A stretch of DNA of 64,000 nucleotides from Acidilobaceae archaeon (GCA_038897215.1 JAWAWX010000001.1:864001-928000); one strand, 5' to 3'. Counted from the first letter of the stretch, positions 1 to 10,132 are shown. Numbers and translations: made by a program. Notes: generated from the sequence alone by a model not told the origin.

Positions 1-122
1 TACGCTTTCGTCACCACCGCTACAGGGTCTCTGGTAGCGGCTACTGCTAGAAGCAAGACTATAACGTAGCCTACGATAAGCCCCAGTAGCGCTCCCTCTA
101 CCGCCTGCCTGCTACTCTGCAT
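1..122 (-). CDS. ABC transporter permease, N-terminal part (runs off window edge)
   Basis: ATG at 122 reads MQSSRQAVEGALLGLIVGYVIVLLLAVAATRDPVAVVTKA (hydrophobic), directly downstream of the ABC ATPase. Confidence 0.7.
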   Translation of the reverse strand, partial: MQSSRQAVEGALLGLIVGYVIVLLLAVAATRDPVAVVTKA

Positions 123-142
123 CGTCTAGCGCCTCCAAGCTT

Positions 143-1648
143 CTAGGATACCATGGCTTTAGCTATAGCTTCTGTATCGAAAGGCCTCGCGAAAACTCCT
201 GTCACCGAGCCTCTACTAATCACCGCTATCCTGTCGGAGAGCTCGAGCAACTCGTCTAGGTCTTCAGATATCAGCAGGATAGCTATGCCTCTCGAAGCCA
301 TCTCCACGAGAGTCCTCCTAACTTGTAGCGTTGAGCTGAAGTCGAGACCAGCTGTTGGATTCATAGCTACAACTAGCCTCGGGCGAGACTCTAGCTCTCT
401 CCCAACTATCAGTCTCTGCATATTGCCTCCACTGAGAGCTTCCACGTTCTCCTCGATGCTTCTCACATCGACTCTCATGCTCTCGACTACTCTACTAGCT
501 AGAGCTTTGATCGACTCGTGGTCTAAGACGAAGCCGAGCCTCCCCGAGCCTAAAAGAGGTAGGGCTACATTCAAGTATACCGGGAGACCTCTAGCGAGAG
601 CCCAGTCTAGCCTCTCCTCTGGTATCAGAGAGACCCCTAGCTTAAGCCTTTCTCTCGGCCCTCTTCTCGTGACGTCTACACCAAAGATAGTGATGCGCCC
701 TCTCTCAGGTCTTCTGAGTCCAGCTATGGCTTCGAAGAGCTCTCTCTGACCGTTCCCCGTCACTCCAGCCACTCCTACTATCTCGCCTTCTTTGACCGCG
801 AGGCTGACTCCTCTGACTGCTAGATGCCCTCTATCGTCTCTAACCCAAAGGTCTTGGATCACGATAGCGTTCACGCCTGACTCTCGACGAGATCGCGAAG
901 GCTCTACTCGAGCTTGCTCGACTATCTTCTCGCCGAACATCAGCTCGACTAGCTTGTCTACTGTCACTTCTCTCCTATCGAGTACTCCTACTACCTCTCC
1001 TCTCCTCATCACCTGAATTCTATCAGCTACCTCTAGCGCTTCTCTTATCTTGTGAGTTATGAAGACTATGGCTCTCCCCTCACTAGCAAGCTCTCTCAGC
1101 ATCTTGGAGAATCTCCTAGCCTCGAGAGGGGTCAGGTGGCTCGTCGTCTCGTCAAACGCTATAGCCTTAGACCCTATTATCAGAGCCTTGGCTAGCTCCA
1201 CCTTGTGCTTCTCCCCAACGGAGAGAGACCAAATGGGTCTCTCCGGGTCTAGCCCTAGCTCGTAGCGCTCGCTTATCTCAACTATCTTGCTCTTAACCCA
1301 GCCGAGAGATACGTTGAGCCCGGCTTCTCTAACAGCTAGCCCGACGTCCTCGGCTACGCTTAAGTCCTCGAAGACTAGAGGGTGCTGGGTGACTAGAAAG
1401 AACCCTGCTCTAAGAGACTCAGCGGGGTCTCCGAGTCTTAGAGTATAGCCGTCTACTCTGACCAAACCTTTAACGGGCTTGACCATCCCTGCTGCTACCT
1501 TGACTAAAGTAGTCTTGCCGGCTCCGTTTTCGCCCAGGAGGGCTACTACCTCTCCTCTCTTTACTCTAAGAAACGCGTTCTTGTTAGCTACCACTCCTCC
1601 GGGATACACTACCGTAATGTTCTCGAGTTCAAGCAAAAAAGAGGACAA
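143..1648 (-). CDS. Nucleoside/sugar (CUT2-type) ABC transporter ATP-binding protein with two NBD halves
   Basis: Walker A GENGAGKT, second half GVTGNGQ, signature LSGGNMQR, ISEDLDE. Confidence 0.93.
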   Translation of the reverse strand: MSSFLLELENITVVYPGGVVANKNAFLRVKRGEVVALLGENGAGKTTLVKVAAGMVKPVKGLVRVDGYTLRLGDPAESLRAGFFLVTQHPLVFEDLSVAEDVGLAVREAGLNVSLGWVKSKIVEISERYELGLDPERPIWSLSVGEKHKVELAKALIIGSKAIAFDETTSHLTPLEARRFSKMLRELASEGRAIVFITHKIREALEVADRIQVMRRGEVVGVLDRREVTVDKLVELMFGEKIVEQARVEPSRSRRESGVNAIVIQDLWVRDDRGHLAVRGVSLAVKEGEIVGVAGVTGNGQRELFEAIAGLRRPERGRITIFGVDVTRRGPRERLKLGVSLIPEERLDWALARGLPVYLNVALPLLGSGRLGFVLDHESIKALASRVVESMRVDVRSIEENVEALSGGNMQRLIVGRELESRPRLVVAMNPTAGLDFSSTLQVRRTLVEMASRGIAILLISEDLDELLELSDRIAVISRGSVTGVFARPFDTEAIAKAMVS

Positions 1649-1683
1649 GGTGGGAGGTCCTCGCGGATGCTAGAGTGATTCCT

Positions 1684-3021
1684 CTAGACTCTCTCTATCT
1701 TCCAGTAGAACCAGTCCATGTACCAGAGGTCGTCTCGCGAGGCTCTCCTACCCTTGGGTATCTTCAGAGTCTGTTTCTCCAAGGGGTTTCCGTCGAAGTC
1801 TATCTTGTAACCGTAGATCCCGTCTCTGTCGTCTAGAAGCTCTCCAACCTCTCCCGAGAAGGGCTCAAACATGAGCTCCTTCATCTCCTCGTAGAGCCTC
1901 TTGATCTCTCTGATCACAGCTGGAGGAATGACCTCAGTGTTGAGTTCAGCCAAGTACACAGCGCCCTCGGGCTTCCCAGCTCTTGACTCCTCCGGCTTCC
2001 TAGCCCACTTGAATGGCGAGAAGTCGCCCAGCCTAGCCCAGACGTCTTCGCTCTCGAAGAAGCCAGCATAGAGCTTTGCTAGAAGGTAGGCCACTATGGG
2101 GGTCCAGTCTGCCACCTGCCCAGTTAGGTGAGACCTGTATCTTCTACCGTACTTTCTCAGGTAGTACGTGTACATGTCGCTGTAGTGGCTGAAGCTGTAG
2201 ACTCTCCTGCCTCTACCCCAGTATTCCTCGGCTACGTCTAGAACAGCCGTGGTGTCCTCAGTGTAGGCTAGGACGTCTACGTTGTAGCTCTCTACGAGGT
2301 ATCTGGCATCCTCCTTAGCTTTATCCGGAGCGAACCAGCTCTTCAGAGGCTTGGTCACGTAGATCTTCAGGTCTCTGCCTCCGCCGCACTTGCCGGCTAG
2401 CTTGGCCCCATAGACTGCTCCTAGAGCGAACGCGTTGATGTGCCTGACGACCTCGGGTATCAGGAATGCTGGGACATAGCCTACTCTACAGGTCTCTGTG
2501 ACGGCTCCTCCAGCGACACCGTTGAGGAAGTAGAGCTGGTAGAACTCAGCGAAGTATGTGGCTACGTTATTCAACCCCTCCTTAGCGAAGTCCTCGTACT
2601 CTCCGCTACAGTGGTAGAACTTCACGTCGGGATACCTCTTGGCGAGCGTTTTAACAGCCTCCTTGAAGCCGTAGCTCGTAGCGAACACAGCGTGATACTC
2701 CTCGGCTCGAAGCTCTGCCTCTATGACTCTCAGAGCCTCCTCTTCTCTAACGCTCGGTATGTGCTTAGCTTCGAGCCAGTCGAACATCTTCGAGACGTTC
2801 TCCTTGGACTCGTGGTGAGCAGCGGTCCACCCGATGTCCTCTATGGGGCCTACGTATATCCAGAGAGCCTTGATCTTCCGTCTAGCCTCAGCTTCGGCCT
2901 CGGCTACCCTTCTTCCTATAGTGTAGCCTCCCCCTAGGCCTACTGCGAGACCTAGGAGACCGGCTCCGGCTAGCTTAAGTAGTTCCCTCCTACCTACATT
3001 CTGAGCCATCTCAGAGACCAC
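1684..3021 (-). CDS. BMP-family (PnrA-like) substrate-binding protein with twin-arginine signal
   Basis: N-terminal GRRELLK plus hydrophobic helix; WIYVGPIEDIGW, ATSYGF, IPEVVRHINAFALG motifs. Confidence 0.88.
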   Translation of the reverse strand: MVSEMAQNVGRRELLKLAGAGLLGLAVGLGGGYTIGRRVAEAEAEARRKIKALWIYVGPIEDIGWTAAHHESKENVSKMFDWLEAKHIPSVREEEALRVIEAELRAEEYHAVFATSYGFKEAVKTLAKRYPDVKFYHCSGEYEDFAKEGLNNVATYFAEFYQLYFLNGVAGGAVTETCRVGYVPAFLIPEVVRHINAFALGAVYGAKLAGKCGGGRDLKIYVTKPLKSWFAPDKAKEDARYLVESYNVDVLAYTEDTTAVLDVAEEYWGRGRRVYSFSHYSDMYTYYLRKYGRRYRSHLTGQVADWTPIVAYLLAKLYAGFFESEDVWARLGDFSPFKWARKPEESRAGKPEGAVYLAELNTEVIPPAVIREIKRLYEEMKELMFEPFSGEVGELLDDRDGIYGYKIDFDGNPLEKQTLKIPKGRRASRDDLWYMDWFYWKIERV

Positions 3022-3076
3022 CTCGACCGATCTAGCTACTCGATTGATTACGTGATTTAAGCTATCTGTTCTTGGG

Positions 3077-3099
3077 CTAGTAAATAGGCTGTTTACTAG
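3077..3099. promoter_or_regulatory. Inverted repeat CTAGTAAA-N7-TTTACTAG upstream of the BMP/ABC TATA box; possible operator or terminator
   Basis: 8-bp perfect arms; minus-strand TATA-like CTTAAAT at ~3056-3062. Confidence 0.35.
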
Positions 3100-3113
3100 T
3101 GCGATTCAACGAG

Positions 3114-3842
3114 CTAGGTTTTACTCACTACAGCTATAGCCTCTATCCTGTCTATTGAAACCCTCTTTCTCCACTCATTCCCGATCACTATCAGAGCCGC
3201 TACGCCAACCAGGCTTGCTCCAGCTCTCTCGACTATCCTCTTCATGATAGCTAGAGTTATCCCGCTTTGAACTACATCGTCTACGATTAAGACGCGGTCA
3301 TCTCTCCTTATACTACCCTTAGGCACGTAAAATATGCACTTCACTGAGGGAGGCTCGACTAAGTGCTCTTCGAGATAGTCTAGTAGGGGGTTCTCTTTAC
3401 TCCTCCTAGCTATCACTAAAGGCACCTCGAAGACTAGCGCTAGAGAGGTGGCTAGAGTTATCCCCCCGGCTTCGGGGACCAGGATCTTAGTTACATTGTC
3501 GTCTCTGAATCTCTCGTAGAACTCTATGGATAGAAGCTTGAGCATGAAGGGATCGCTCAAGACTGGAGTGAGGTCTATTAGCCCTTTCAGCTCGCCTGCT
3601 CTACTCAAGACTAGTCTAACTGGGTCCAGAACCTCCTTTATGCTCTTCAGCAACTCTAGAGACTGCTCGTAGCTCGGTATAGTTATCCCGCTAGCATACC
3701 TAGCTAGCAGAGTCTCGTCGAATCCCATCATTCTAGCTAGTTGCCTGTAGGAGTAGGGTAGAGTGCGCCTAACCGCCCTGAGAGCCTCGACAGCAAGCAT
3801 TCTGGTCTTCAGCTTCTCCACCTTACTCAGCGCTCTAGACAA
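3114..3842 (-). CDS. HTH plus phosphoribosyltransferase-domain protein (PurR-like regulator or APRT family)
   Basis: N-terminal HTH (YSYRQLARMMGFDETLLARY) and PRPP-binding loop VLIVDDVVQSGIT. Confidence 0.85.
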   Translation of the reverse strand: MSRALSKVEKLKTRMLAVEALRAVRRTLPYSYRQLARMMGFDETLLARYASGITIPSYEQSLELLKSIKEVLDPVRLVLSRAGELKGLIDLTPVLSDPFMLKLLSIEFYERFRDDNVTKILVPEAGGITLATSLALVFEVPLVIARRSKENPLLDYLEEHLVEPPSVKCIFYVPKGSIRRDDRVLIVDDVVQSGITLAIMKRIVERAGASLVGVAALIVIGNEWRKRVSIDRIEAIAVVSKT

Positions 3843-3972
3843 CTCTAGTCTCCGAGCCTCTAGCCAGTCATTCAGAGAAAATATAGTGTATAGTCGGATG
3901 AACTCAAAGAGGTCTTAGAAGTAAGCGATAAGTATCTCTGTCTAACCCAATGCTAGAGCCCGGGGGTGTAGC

Positions 3973-5553
3973 TTGAGCGGTTTGGATGACGTGAAGACGA
4001 GGATTAGAGAGCTATCCAGCAGAGGACTCGACCCCTACCTAGCAGCATACCGCTACCCGGTTACCGCTACAGCTGAAGAGGTCAAAGCCAGATACTCTAG
4101 CCTCCCTCCAGGCTCGGAGACAAGCGATAGAGTAAGTGTAGCTGGAAGAGTGTGGCATATAAGGAGGCATGGAGGCATATCATTCATAGACCTCTACGAC
4201 CACACAGGCAGGATCCAGCTAGTAGTTAGAAGAGACGTTCTAGCTGATAACGAGAAACTCAGAATTATCTTCGAGAATCTAGGTAAAGGCGACCTGATAG
4301 GCGTCAAGGGAAGGGTCGTGAAGACTAAGATGGGAGAAGTGTCTGTACTCGTAGAGGATGCAGACATCCTAGCTATAGCGTGGAGAAGCATACCGTTCCA
4401 CGAGTTTGGAGTAAAAGACCCCGAGCAGAGGTATAGGGAGAGGTATCTCGATATAATGCTCAACAGTAAGGTCAGGAGAGCGATAATAGGACTGTACAGG
4501 ATAGAGTACGTTATGAGGAGACTGCTAGACGAGAAGGGATTCGTGGAGGTACACACGCCCAAACTCCAGCCTGTCTATGGAGGCGCTCTAGCTAAGCCCT
4601 TCACGACCAAGGTCAACGCTCTCGATAGAACAGTGTACTTGAGTATATCCCCCGAGACGTATCTCAAGAGACTCGTGGTAGCGGGACTCTTCAGAGTCTA
4701 CGAGATAGCAGTATGCTTCAGAAACGAGGACATCGACGCTACCCACTACCCGGAGTTCGTTCAACTCGAGGCCTACCAGGCTTTCGCTGACTGGAACGAC
4801 ATGATGGAGCTAACCGAGGAGCTGATAGCGACTTCCGTAAAAGAGGTTCTAGGAGACTACAAGATAGAGGTCGAGTACGGCGGAGAGCAGAAGACTATAG
4901 ACTTCTCTAGACCCTGGAGGAGAGTCCAGCTAGAGGAGTCTGTAGAGGAGGTGCTGGGCGAGAGGATAAGAGAGAAGAGTAGAGAAGAGCTAGTCGAGAT
5001 AGCTAGAAGCTATGGGATCGAGGTAGCTGACCCTAGGAGAGGCAAGATAGTAGAGAAGCTCTTCGAGAGACTCGTTGCTCCAAAGCTAGCAAACCCGACT
5101 TTCGTCACCTTATTCCCGAGAGATATATCGCCACTAGCTAGACCCTATAGAGGCGACCCGAGGTATTCTGAGAGATTCGAGCTATACATTAGCGGGCTCG
5201 AGATCGCTAACGGGTATACGGAACTCAACAACCCCTTTGTCCAGCTATACTTCTTTAGAGAAGAGGAGAGACTAAGGAGCTCTATGGGCGTAGAGGAGGC
5301 TCACCCTATAGACAGAGACTACGTTAGAGCTCTCGAGTACGGGATGCCGCCGACGGGAGGAGTCGGGATAGGCCTCTACCGTCTAGCCATGGTGGTTTTC
5401 GGCTTGCCGACGATAAAGGATGTGATTCCATTCATTATGACGTTCACCGAGAATGTTGAGCTCGTTAGCGAGAAGTTCAAGGAGGTATACGACTACTACG
5501 TTGAGAAGCTAGGCTTGAAGACCGGAGGCAGAGAAGGTAGCATTGTATACTGA
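3973..5553 (+). CDS. lysS: Lysyl-tRNA synthetase, class II
   Basis: OB-fold anticodon domain (VAGRVWHIRRHG), RYRERYLD, motif 2 FRNEDID..HYPEF, motif 3 GMPPTGGVGIG. Confidence 0.96.
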   Translation: MSGLDDVKTRIRELSSRGLDPYLAAYRYPVTATAEEVKARYSSLPPGSETSDRVSVAGRVWHIRRHGGISFIDLYDHTGRIQLVVRRDVLADNEKLRIIFENLGKGDLIGVKGRVVKTKMGEVSVLVEDADILAIAWRSIPFHEFGVKDPEQRYRERYLDIMLNSKVRRAIIGLYRIEYVMRRLLDEKGFVEVHTPKLQPVYGGALAKPFTTKVNALDRTVYLSISPETYLKRLVVAGLFRVYEIAVCFRNEDIDATHYPEFVQLEAYQAFADWNDMMELTEELIATSVKEVLGDYKIEVEYGGEQKTIDFSRPWRRVQLEESVEEVLGERIREKSREELVEIARSYGIEVADPRRGKIVEKLFERLVAPKLANPTFVTLFPRDISPLARPYRGDPRYSERFELYISGLEIANGYTELNNPFVQLYFFREEERLRSSMGVEEAHPIDRDYVRALEYGMPPTGGVGIGLYRLAMVVFGLPTIKDVIPFIMTFTENVELVSEKFKEVYDYYVEKLGLKTGGREGSIVY

Positions 5554-6531
5554 AACTCCCGGAGCGTACTCTAGAACTTCTCTGCAGTAGAGCTCCTCAA
5601 CTCTCCTACAGCACCTAGCTAGCCTCGAGTAGAGGTCTTCGAGAGCCTCTCTGCAAGACGCTGCTCTCACGTAAACGTGGACGATAGCGTCTCTTGCCGC
5701 GAGCCTGCACGCTTCTCCAACGAAGTATCTGGAGGCTGTGGGGTGGTCTAGGATCAGTCTGGTGAACACAGGCTTCAGTACGAGCGGAGCAAGTGAAGCA
5801 TCGAGCCTGAGAGGAGTCACTGAGCCTCTGAGAGCTCTCTTATTAGCGGCCACGTTCTTAGCGAGATAGTATACAGCTATCTCGTTCAAGTCCGAGGCTA
5901 CTACTCGAGCTGGCTTTAGGCTAGCTATGTGAATAGCGTAGCCCCCTACTCCAGCGAACATATCGAGCACGATGTCGTCGCCTGAGGATTCCTCAGCTAT
6001 CCTCCTGTGCTCTGTGGATAGCCTTGGGTTAAAGTAGACTCTAGCTATGTCTACGTGGAAGACGAGCCCGTACTCTCTATGCGCAGTCACTGTTCTATTC
6101 TCTCCAGCTAAGTGGACTAGCTTCTGGACTCTCAGCTCGCCCCAGGTCTCCGTCTTGAGGAAAGCCGCCTTCACTCTAGGCTGCTGTCTGAGCAACTCTC
6201 TCGCCGCTAGCTCGTACTCTTCTAGCTCAACACCCGACCTCCAGCTGAAGACAGCTATGTCTCCCACTAGGCTGAAGCTGGAGACCCTGGGTGAGACCTC
6301 CGAGAGAGGTCTCGGCTTCTGAGGAGCAGTCTCGAACTCTTCTTCAGCTAGCTCTGCCTCAACTCCAGCCTCGGCTAGAGCTCTGACTGCTCTCTCAGCG
6401 TCGAGGACTGGGATTACGATGAAGCCCTCTACCCTCTTGATCTTCAAGGAGGCGTTTATGACGTTCTCTCTCCTCAAGACCCCTATAGCTTTCTCAGCTA
6501 GCTCTCTTCTCACGCGAACTCCGAGAGTCAC
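5509..6531 (-). CDS. trm5: Trm5/Met10 family tRNA methyltransferase (m1G37 / wyosine pathway)
   Basis: HREYG...VYFNPRLSTEHRR, SAM motif VLDMFAGVG. Confidence 0.88.
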   Translation of the reverse strand: MTLGVRVRRELAEKAIGVLRRENVINASLKIKRVEGFIVIPVLDAERAVRALAEAGVEAELAEEEFETAPQKPRPLSEVSPRVSSFSLVGDIAVFSWRSGVELEEYELAARELLRQQPRVKAAFLKTETWGELRVQKLVHLAGENRTVTAHREYGLVFHVDIARVYFNPRLSTEHRRIAEESSGDDIVLDMFAGVGGYAIHIASLKPARVVASDLNEIAVYYLAKNVAANKRALRGSVTPLRLDASLAPLVLKPVFTRLILDHPTASRYFVGEACRLAARDAIVHVYVRAASCREALEDLYSRLARCCRRVEELYCREVLEYAPGVSVYNATFSASGLQA

Positions 6532-6534
6532 GAG

Positions 6535-8103
6535 CTATCTCACCAGCTCTCGCTGAAGCTCCTCCACCTCTAGCCAGAGTCTCTTCAAGTGTGCTCTAGT
6601 CTGCTCTGCTAGCTTGAGGGGGGTGATCGAGCTCCCGGCTGCTCCCCTGAGTCTATACAGGAGTCTCTCCTCGCCAGCAACCCACACCTCGATGGGGGGC
6701 TCTCCTTCTCTAAGCTCTCTCAGTATCCGAACGTAGCTTGAGACTTCAGGAAACCACTCTGCCTCTATGTCTGTCTCTTTCCTGCACCCGTAATCGTAGA
6801 GAACGGGTTTGAGGAATCTCTTGGCGAGCTCTGGGAAGAGTCTATCCCATCCGACTCTAGATGCTAGAGCTGAGAGAACGTAAGCAACTCTTCTCGCCTC
6901 TAGAGGGCCCTCGCTGAGAGCTGAGACCACGGCTTTCTCCAAGCTCGAGTAGTCAGGCTCATCGGAGGCTATCCTAACGGCTTCTACCACAGCTAGAGAG
7001 GCTTCCTCGAAGTCTACAGCGTTCTCGGAGTCTCTGGGCGTGTGATATATCCTCTTGAACTCCTTAGACCACATGCTGTGAAGAGATAGAGAGGGAGTTC
7101 CTAGAGACGCGAAAGAGAAGCTGTCTGTCTCAGGGCTCTCGCAACACCTCTCCGTCAGGATAGACTTGCTCACATACTGGGGAGCTCCGGATACTCTGAG
7201 AGGCTTGAAGCCTGCTGTATCGAAGTTCACGTATAGCTTCACGGTCTCGAGCAAACCCGAGACTGCTAGCTGCTCAGCGTAAAACCTGCTCCCCCAAGCC
7301 CAGTACCAGGACGCATAGCCTGGAGCCCCGTACTCCTCAGAGCCGAAGAGGAGTAGCCTGACTCTCAAGCCCTTCTCTGAGAGAAGCTTTGCTGCTACTA
7401 TTGCTTGAGCTATCCCCAAGACGTCATCTAGAGCACCCATAAACCATCTATCTATGTGAGCACCCACGAGGACTAAGTCGTCGCCCTCTCCCACCTCAGC
7501 CTCCACTATAGCGCTCCTAGACTCTCTGACTTCAGCCTCGACTTCTATGCTGACGCGCTCGCTCCACGTCCTGGAATAGTATCCCTCCTCTACTACGACT
7601 ACCGGGATATCGATAGGAGAGCCTGAAGTGTAGCTGAAGCCTTTGTAAGCGTTAACCACTATGACTCTAGGAGCGCTAGGAGACTCTACCATGAGCCCTA
7701 AGGCTCCCGCGCGAGCAGCATTAATAGCCGCTAGCTTCAAGTCGTCGGGATTCCCCGGTTCTCTAACTACAGCAATCCTCCCCTCAGGGAACCCTCTCCA
7801 AGTCTCTTCACACGAAGGGTCTCCCTCGAGCTTGAATAACGCTCCTTCAACCGACGAAGACACAATACCGGGAGATGCTACTACACTGTGAGGCTCTGGA
7901 GTGATGCTGAGAGACTTTAGGACCCACGAGTCGGAGGGGAAGAGTCTAATCTTAGCCATAGTCTTCAACGAGTCCTCGACAATCCCCGCTAGCCTTCGAG
8001 CCTCTGCTAGCTCTACGAATGAGCCTGAGGTGATGTTCTCTGGTCCGTAGACCTTCCAGAACAGCTCTCTAACAGCATCTCTCACCTCGGAGACCGCTGT
8101 CAC
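6535..8103 (-). CDS. M28 family metallopeptidase with PA domain
   Basis: GAHID, GALDD, GSEEYG, NFDTAG, YHTPRD metal-ligand motifs. Confidence 0.85.
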   Translation of the reverse strand: MTAVSEVRDAVRELFWKVYGPENITSGSFVELAEARRLAGIVEDSLKTMAKIRLFPSDSWVLKSLSITPEPHSVVASPGIVSSSVEGALFKLEGDPSCEETWRGFPEGRIAVVREPGNPDDLKLAAINAARAGALGLMVESPSAPRVIVVNAYKGFSYTSGSPIDIPVVVVEEGYYSRTWSERVSIEVEAEVRESRSAIVEAEVGEGDDLVLVGAHIDRWFMGALDDVLGIAQAIVAAKLLSEKGLRVRLLLFGSEEYGAPGYASWYWAWGSRFYAEQLAVSGLLETVKLYVNFDTAGFKPLRVSGAPQYVSKSILTERCCESPETDSFSFASLGTPSLSLHSMWSKEFKRIYHTPRDSENAVDFEEASLAVVEAVRIASDEPDYSSLEKAVVSALSEGPLEARRVAYVLSALASRVGWDRLFPELAKRFLKPVLYDYGCRKETDIEAEWFPEVSSYVRILRELREGEPPIEVWVAGEERLLYRLRGAAGSSITPLKLAEQTRAHLKRLWLEVEELQRELVR

Positions 8104-8185
8104 ACCGAACCCCGAAAGTATCGAGTCTAGGCCTGCTAGCCCTTAAGGCTAGCCGTGGCTTCTCCTATGAAGGGAGTAGCTGGGA

Positions 8186-8869
8186 GTGTCTCTAGAGGAG
8201 CGTAGAAGAGTTCTCGTAGAGTTCCTGAAGATGGTGGGATTCATCAGAGACCCTGAGGTCGAGAGAGCAATCCTAGTAGTCCCCAGAGAGCTCTTCGTCC
8301 CCGAGCAGTTCAAAAGCTTAGCCTACGAGGATAGACCTCTCCCCATAGGCTTCGGTCAGACGATAAGCGCTCCGGGAGTCGTGGCTAGGATGACTGAACT
8401 ACTCAGACCTAGGAGAGGCCACAAGGTCTTAGAGGTCGGGACTGGCTCGGGCTATCAGGCAGCAGTGCTCGCTGAGCTAGTGAAACCTGAGGGTCACGTG
8501 TGGAGCATCGAGAGGATACCTGCTCTAGCTGAGAGGGCTAGAGAGAACCTAGCTAGAGCCGGCTACCTGGAGCACGTTACGGTAATTGTCGGCGATGGGA
8601 GTAAAGGTTATCCTGAAGCAGCTCCATACGATAGGATAATGGTGACCGCAGCGTGCCCCGATATCCCTAGACCTCTGCTAGAGCAACTGAAACCCGGGGG
8701 GAGACTCGTGGCTCCAGTAGGTGGCCCCGACATCCAGATACTAGTGGTGGTCGAGAAGGAGAGTGATGGAAGACTGAGTTATAGCTACGACATCGAGGTA
8801 ATCTTCGTCCCACTCATAGGAGAGTATGGGTGGAAGAGCGAGGATGAGTTCTACAGATCGGTTTCATGA
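8186..8869 (+). CDS. pcm: Protein-L-isoaspartate O-methyltransferase
   Basis: VPRELFV, GQTISAP, VLEVGTGSGYQAA, APYDRI. Confidence 0.96.
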   Translation: MSLEERRRVLVEFLKMVGFIRDPEVERAILVVPRELFVPEQFKSLAYEDRPLPIGFGQTISAPGVVARMTELLRPRRGHKVLEVGTGSGYQAAVLAELVKPEGHVWSIERIPALAERARENLARAGYLEHVTVIVGDGSKGYPEAAPYDRIMVTAACPDIPRPLLEQLKPGGRLVAPVGGPDIQILVVVEKESDGRLSYSYDIEVIFVPLIGEYGWKSEDEFYRSVS

Positions 8870-8960
8870 AGTGGTCTCCAGGACTTAAAGACTAGCAACC
8901 GGCAAGACGCTAGCTCTCGGAAAGAGCGATAAGCCTTACTCGGATCCAGGAGTCTACATA

Positions 8961-9024
8961 GGAGGCAGTGAAGAGTGTGGTGGACACCGAGAAGACGTGA
9001 GGACTAGGAGCCCTCGGAGCCTCC
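8961..9024 (+). ncRNA. Box C/D methylation-guide sRNA
   Basis: Terminal stem GGAGGC/GCCTCC; C GTGAAGA (8968), 12-nt guide, D' CCGA (8987), C' GTGAGGA (8997), 11-nt guide, D CGGA (9015). Confidence 0.72.
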
Positions 9025-9090
9025 GTTAAAGCTCTAAAGGGCTTAAAAAGAGAGAGTGAGAGACGTGGACAAAGCGGGGGCCCGATTCCA

Positions 9091-10131
9091 GTGATTCCAG
9101 AAGCTGGCTCGAAGAGAGTGCTAGTGATAGCCGATTGGGATGCCGATGGCACTGTATCTGCCGCTATGATCGTGTATGCTCAAGAGAAGCTAGGAGTCTT
9201 CCCCGCTAGACAGAAGACAACCGTTAGCTTAGCCCCAAGCGGGCCTCGAGACTTGAGAGAAAAACTGCAAGGCTGCTGGGACTACATCGTAGTCCTAGAC
9301 ATACCGTGCACTCCAGAAGTCGAGGCTAGCCTAGCTGAGCTGAAGAGAGGCGGCTGCAACTCCACCATAATATACTTCGACCACCACGACTCAACTCTAG
9401 AGAGCAAGAGCAGGCTAGAGGGAGAGCTCGAAGCAATAGTCTTCTACGATAAGGGGCCTACTGCCATGATAGTCAGGAGTGTTCTCGAAAAACAGGGGAT
9501 AAAGCTCCCCCAGAGGCTGAGACTACTCTCAGAAGCTGTAGCCGCGATAGAGGGGAAGGCGAGAAACCCGAGAGACGTGGGGGAGAAGCTTATCAAGATA
9601 GCTCTAGGGATATCGAAGTACATGAATAAAGAGAAAGACTCCTCAGCCTGGTGTACTCTAGTCAAGAAGCTAGCCGACGTGATCCCCTTTGATGCTCTAG
9701 ACGCTGAGCTAGGAACGGAGATTCAGAGTCTTGTAGCTAGAACACTTGAGGTCTCGAGAGAGGCCGATGAGGAGATGAAAGCGGTAGCGATGGAGTTCGC
9801 TATGAGCGCTAAGAGAGTAGGCTACGTGAGACTCGTAGACGCTAGGAAGAAGTGGGAGGGGCGTGGAGCATCAGCTCTAGCCTCTGCGATCCACAAAACA
9901 GTAGGAGAACCCGTGGTTCTTCTCGTAGAGAAAGACGACGGGACTACTCTAGTAATAGCTAGGTCGTCGAGAGGAGAAGCTCGCAAGATAGTAGAGATGC
10001 TGGCTGATGCTGGAATAGTGGAAGACAAGGGAGGTCATGACAATATAGCGACGGGAAGACTCTCGGCAAACATCTCTCTGGAAGACTTTGAGGAAGCATT
10101 ACGTAGAATATCTCTACGCTTGAGGAGCTGA
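9091..10131 (+). CDS. DHH/DHHA1 family phosphoesterase
   Basis: DWDADG, LDIP, FDHH and C-terminal GGH. Confidence 0.88.
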   Translation: MIPEAGSKRVLVIADWDADGTVSAAMIVYAQEKLGVFPARQKTTVSLAPSGPRDLREKLQGCWDYIVVLDIPCTPEVEASLAELKRGGCNSTIIYFDHHDSTLESKSRLEGELEAIVFYDKGPTAMIVRSVLEKQGIKLPQRLRLLSEAVAAIEGKARNPRDVGEKLIKIALGISKYMNKEKDSSAWCTLVKKLADVIPFDALDAELGTEIQSLVARTLEVSREADEEMKAVAMEFAMSAKRVGYVRLVDARKKWEGRGASALASAIHKTVGEPVVLLVEKDDGTTLVIARSSRGEARKIVEMLADAGIVEDKGGHDNIATGRLSANISLEDFEEALRRISLRLRS

Positions 10132-10132
10132 G

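Noticed and set aside
3893-3950. C/D-like motif upstream of lysS
   Set aside because: D and D' boxes are too degenerate and there is no terminal stem; more likely a divergent promoter region.
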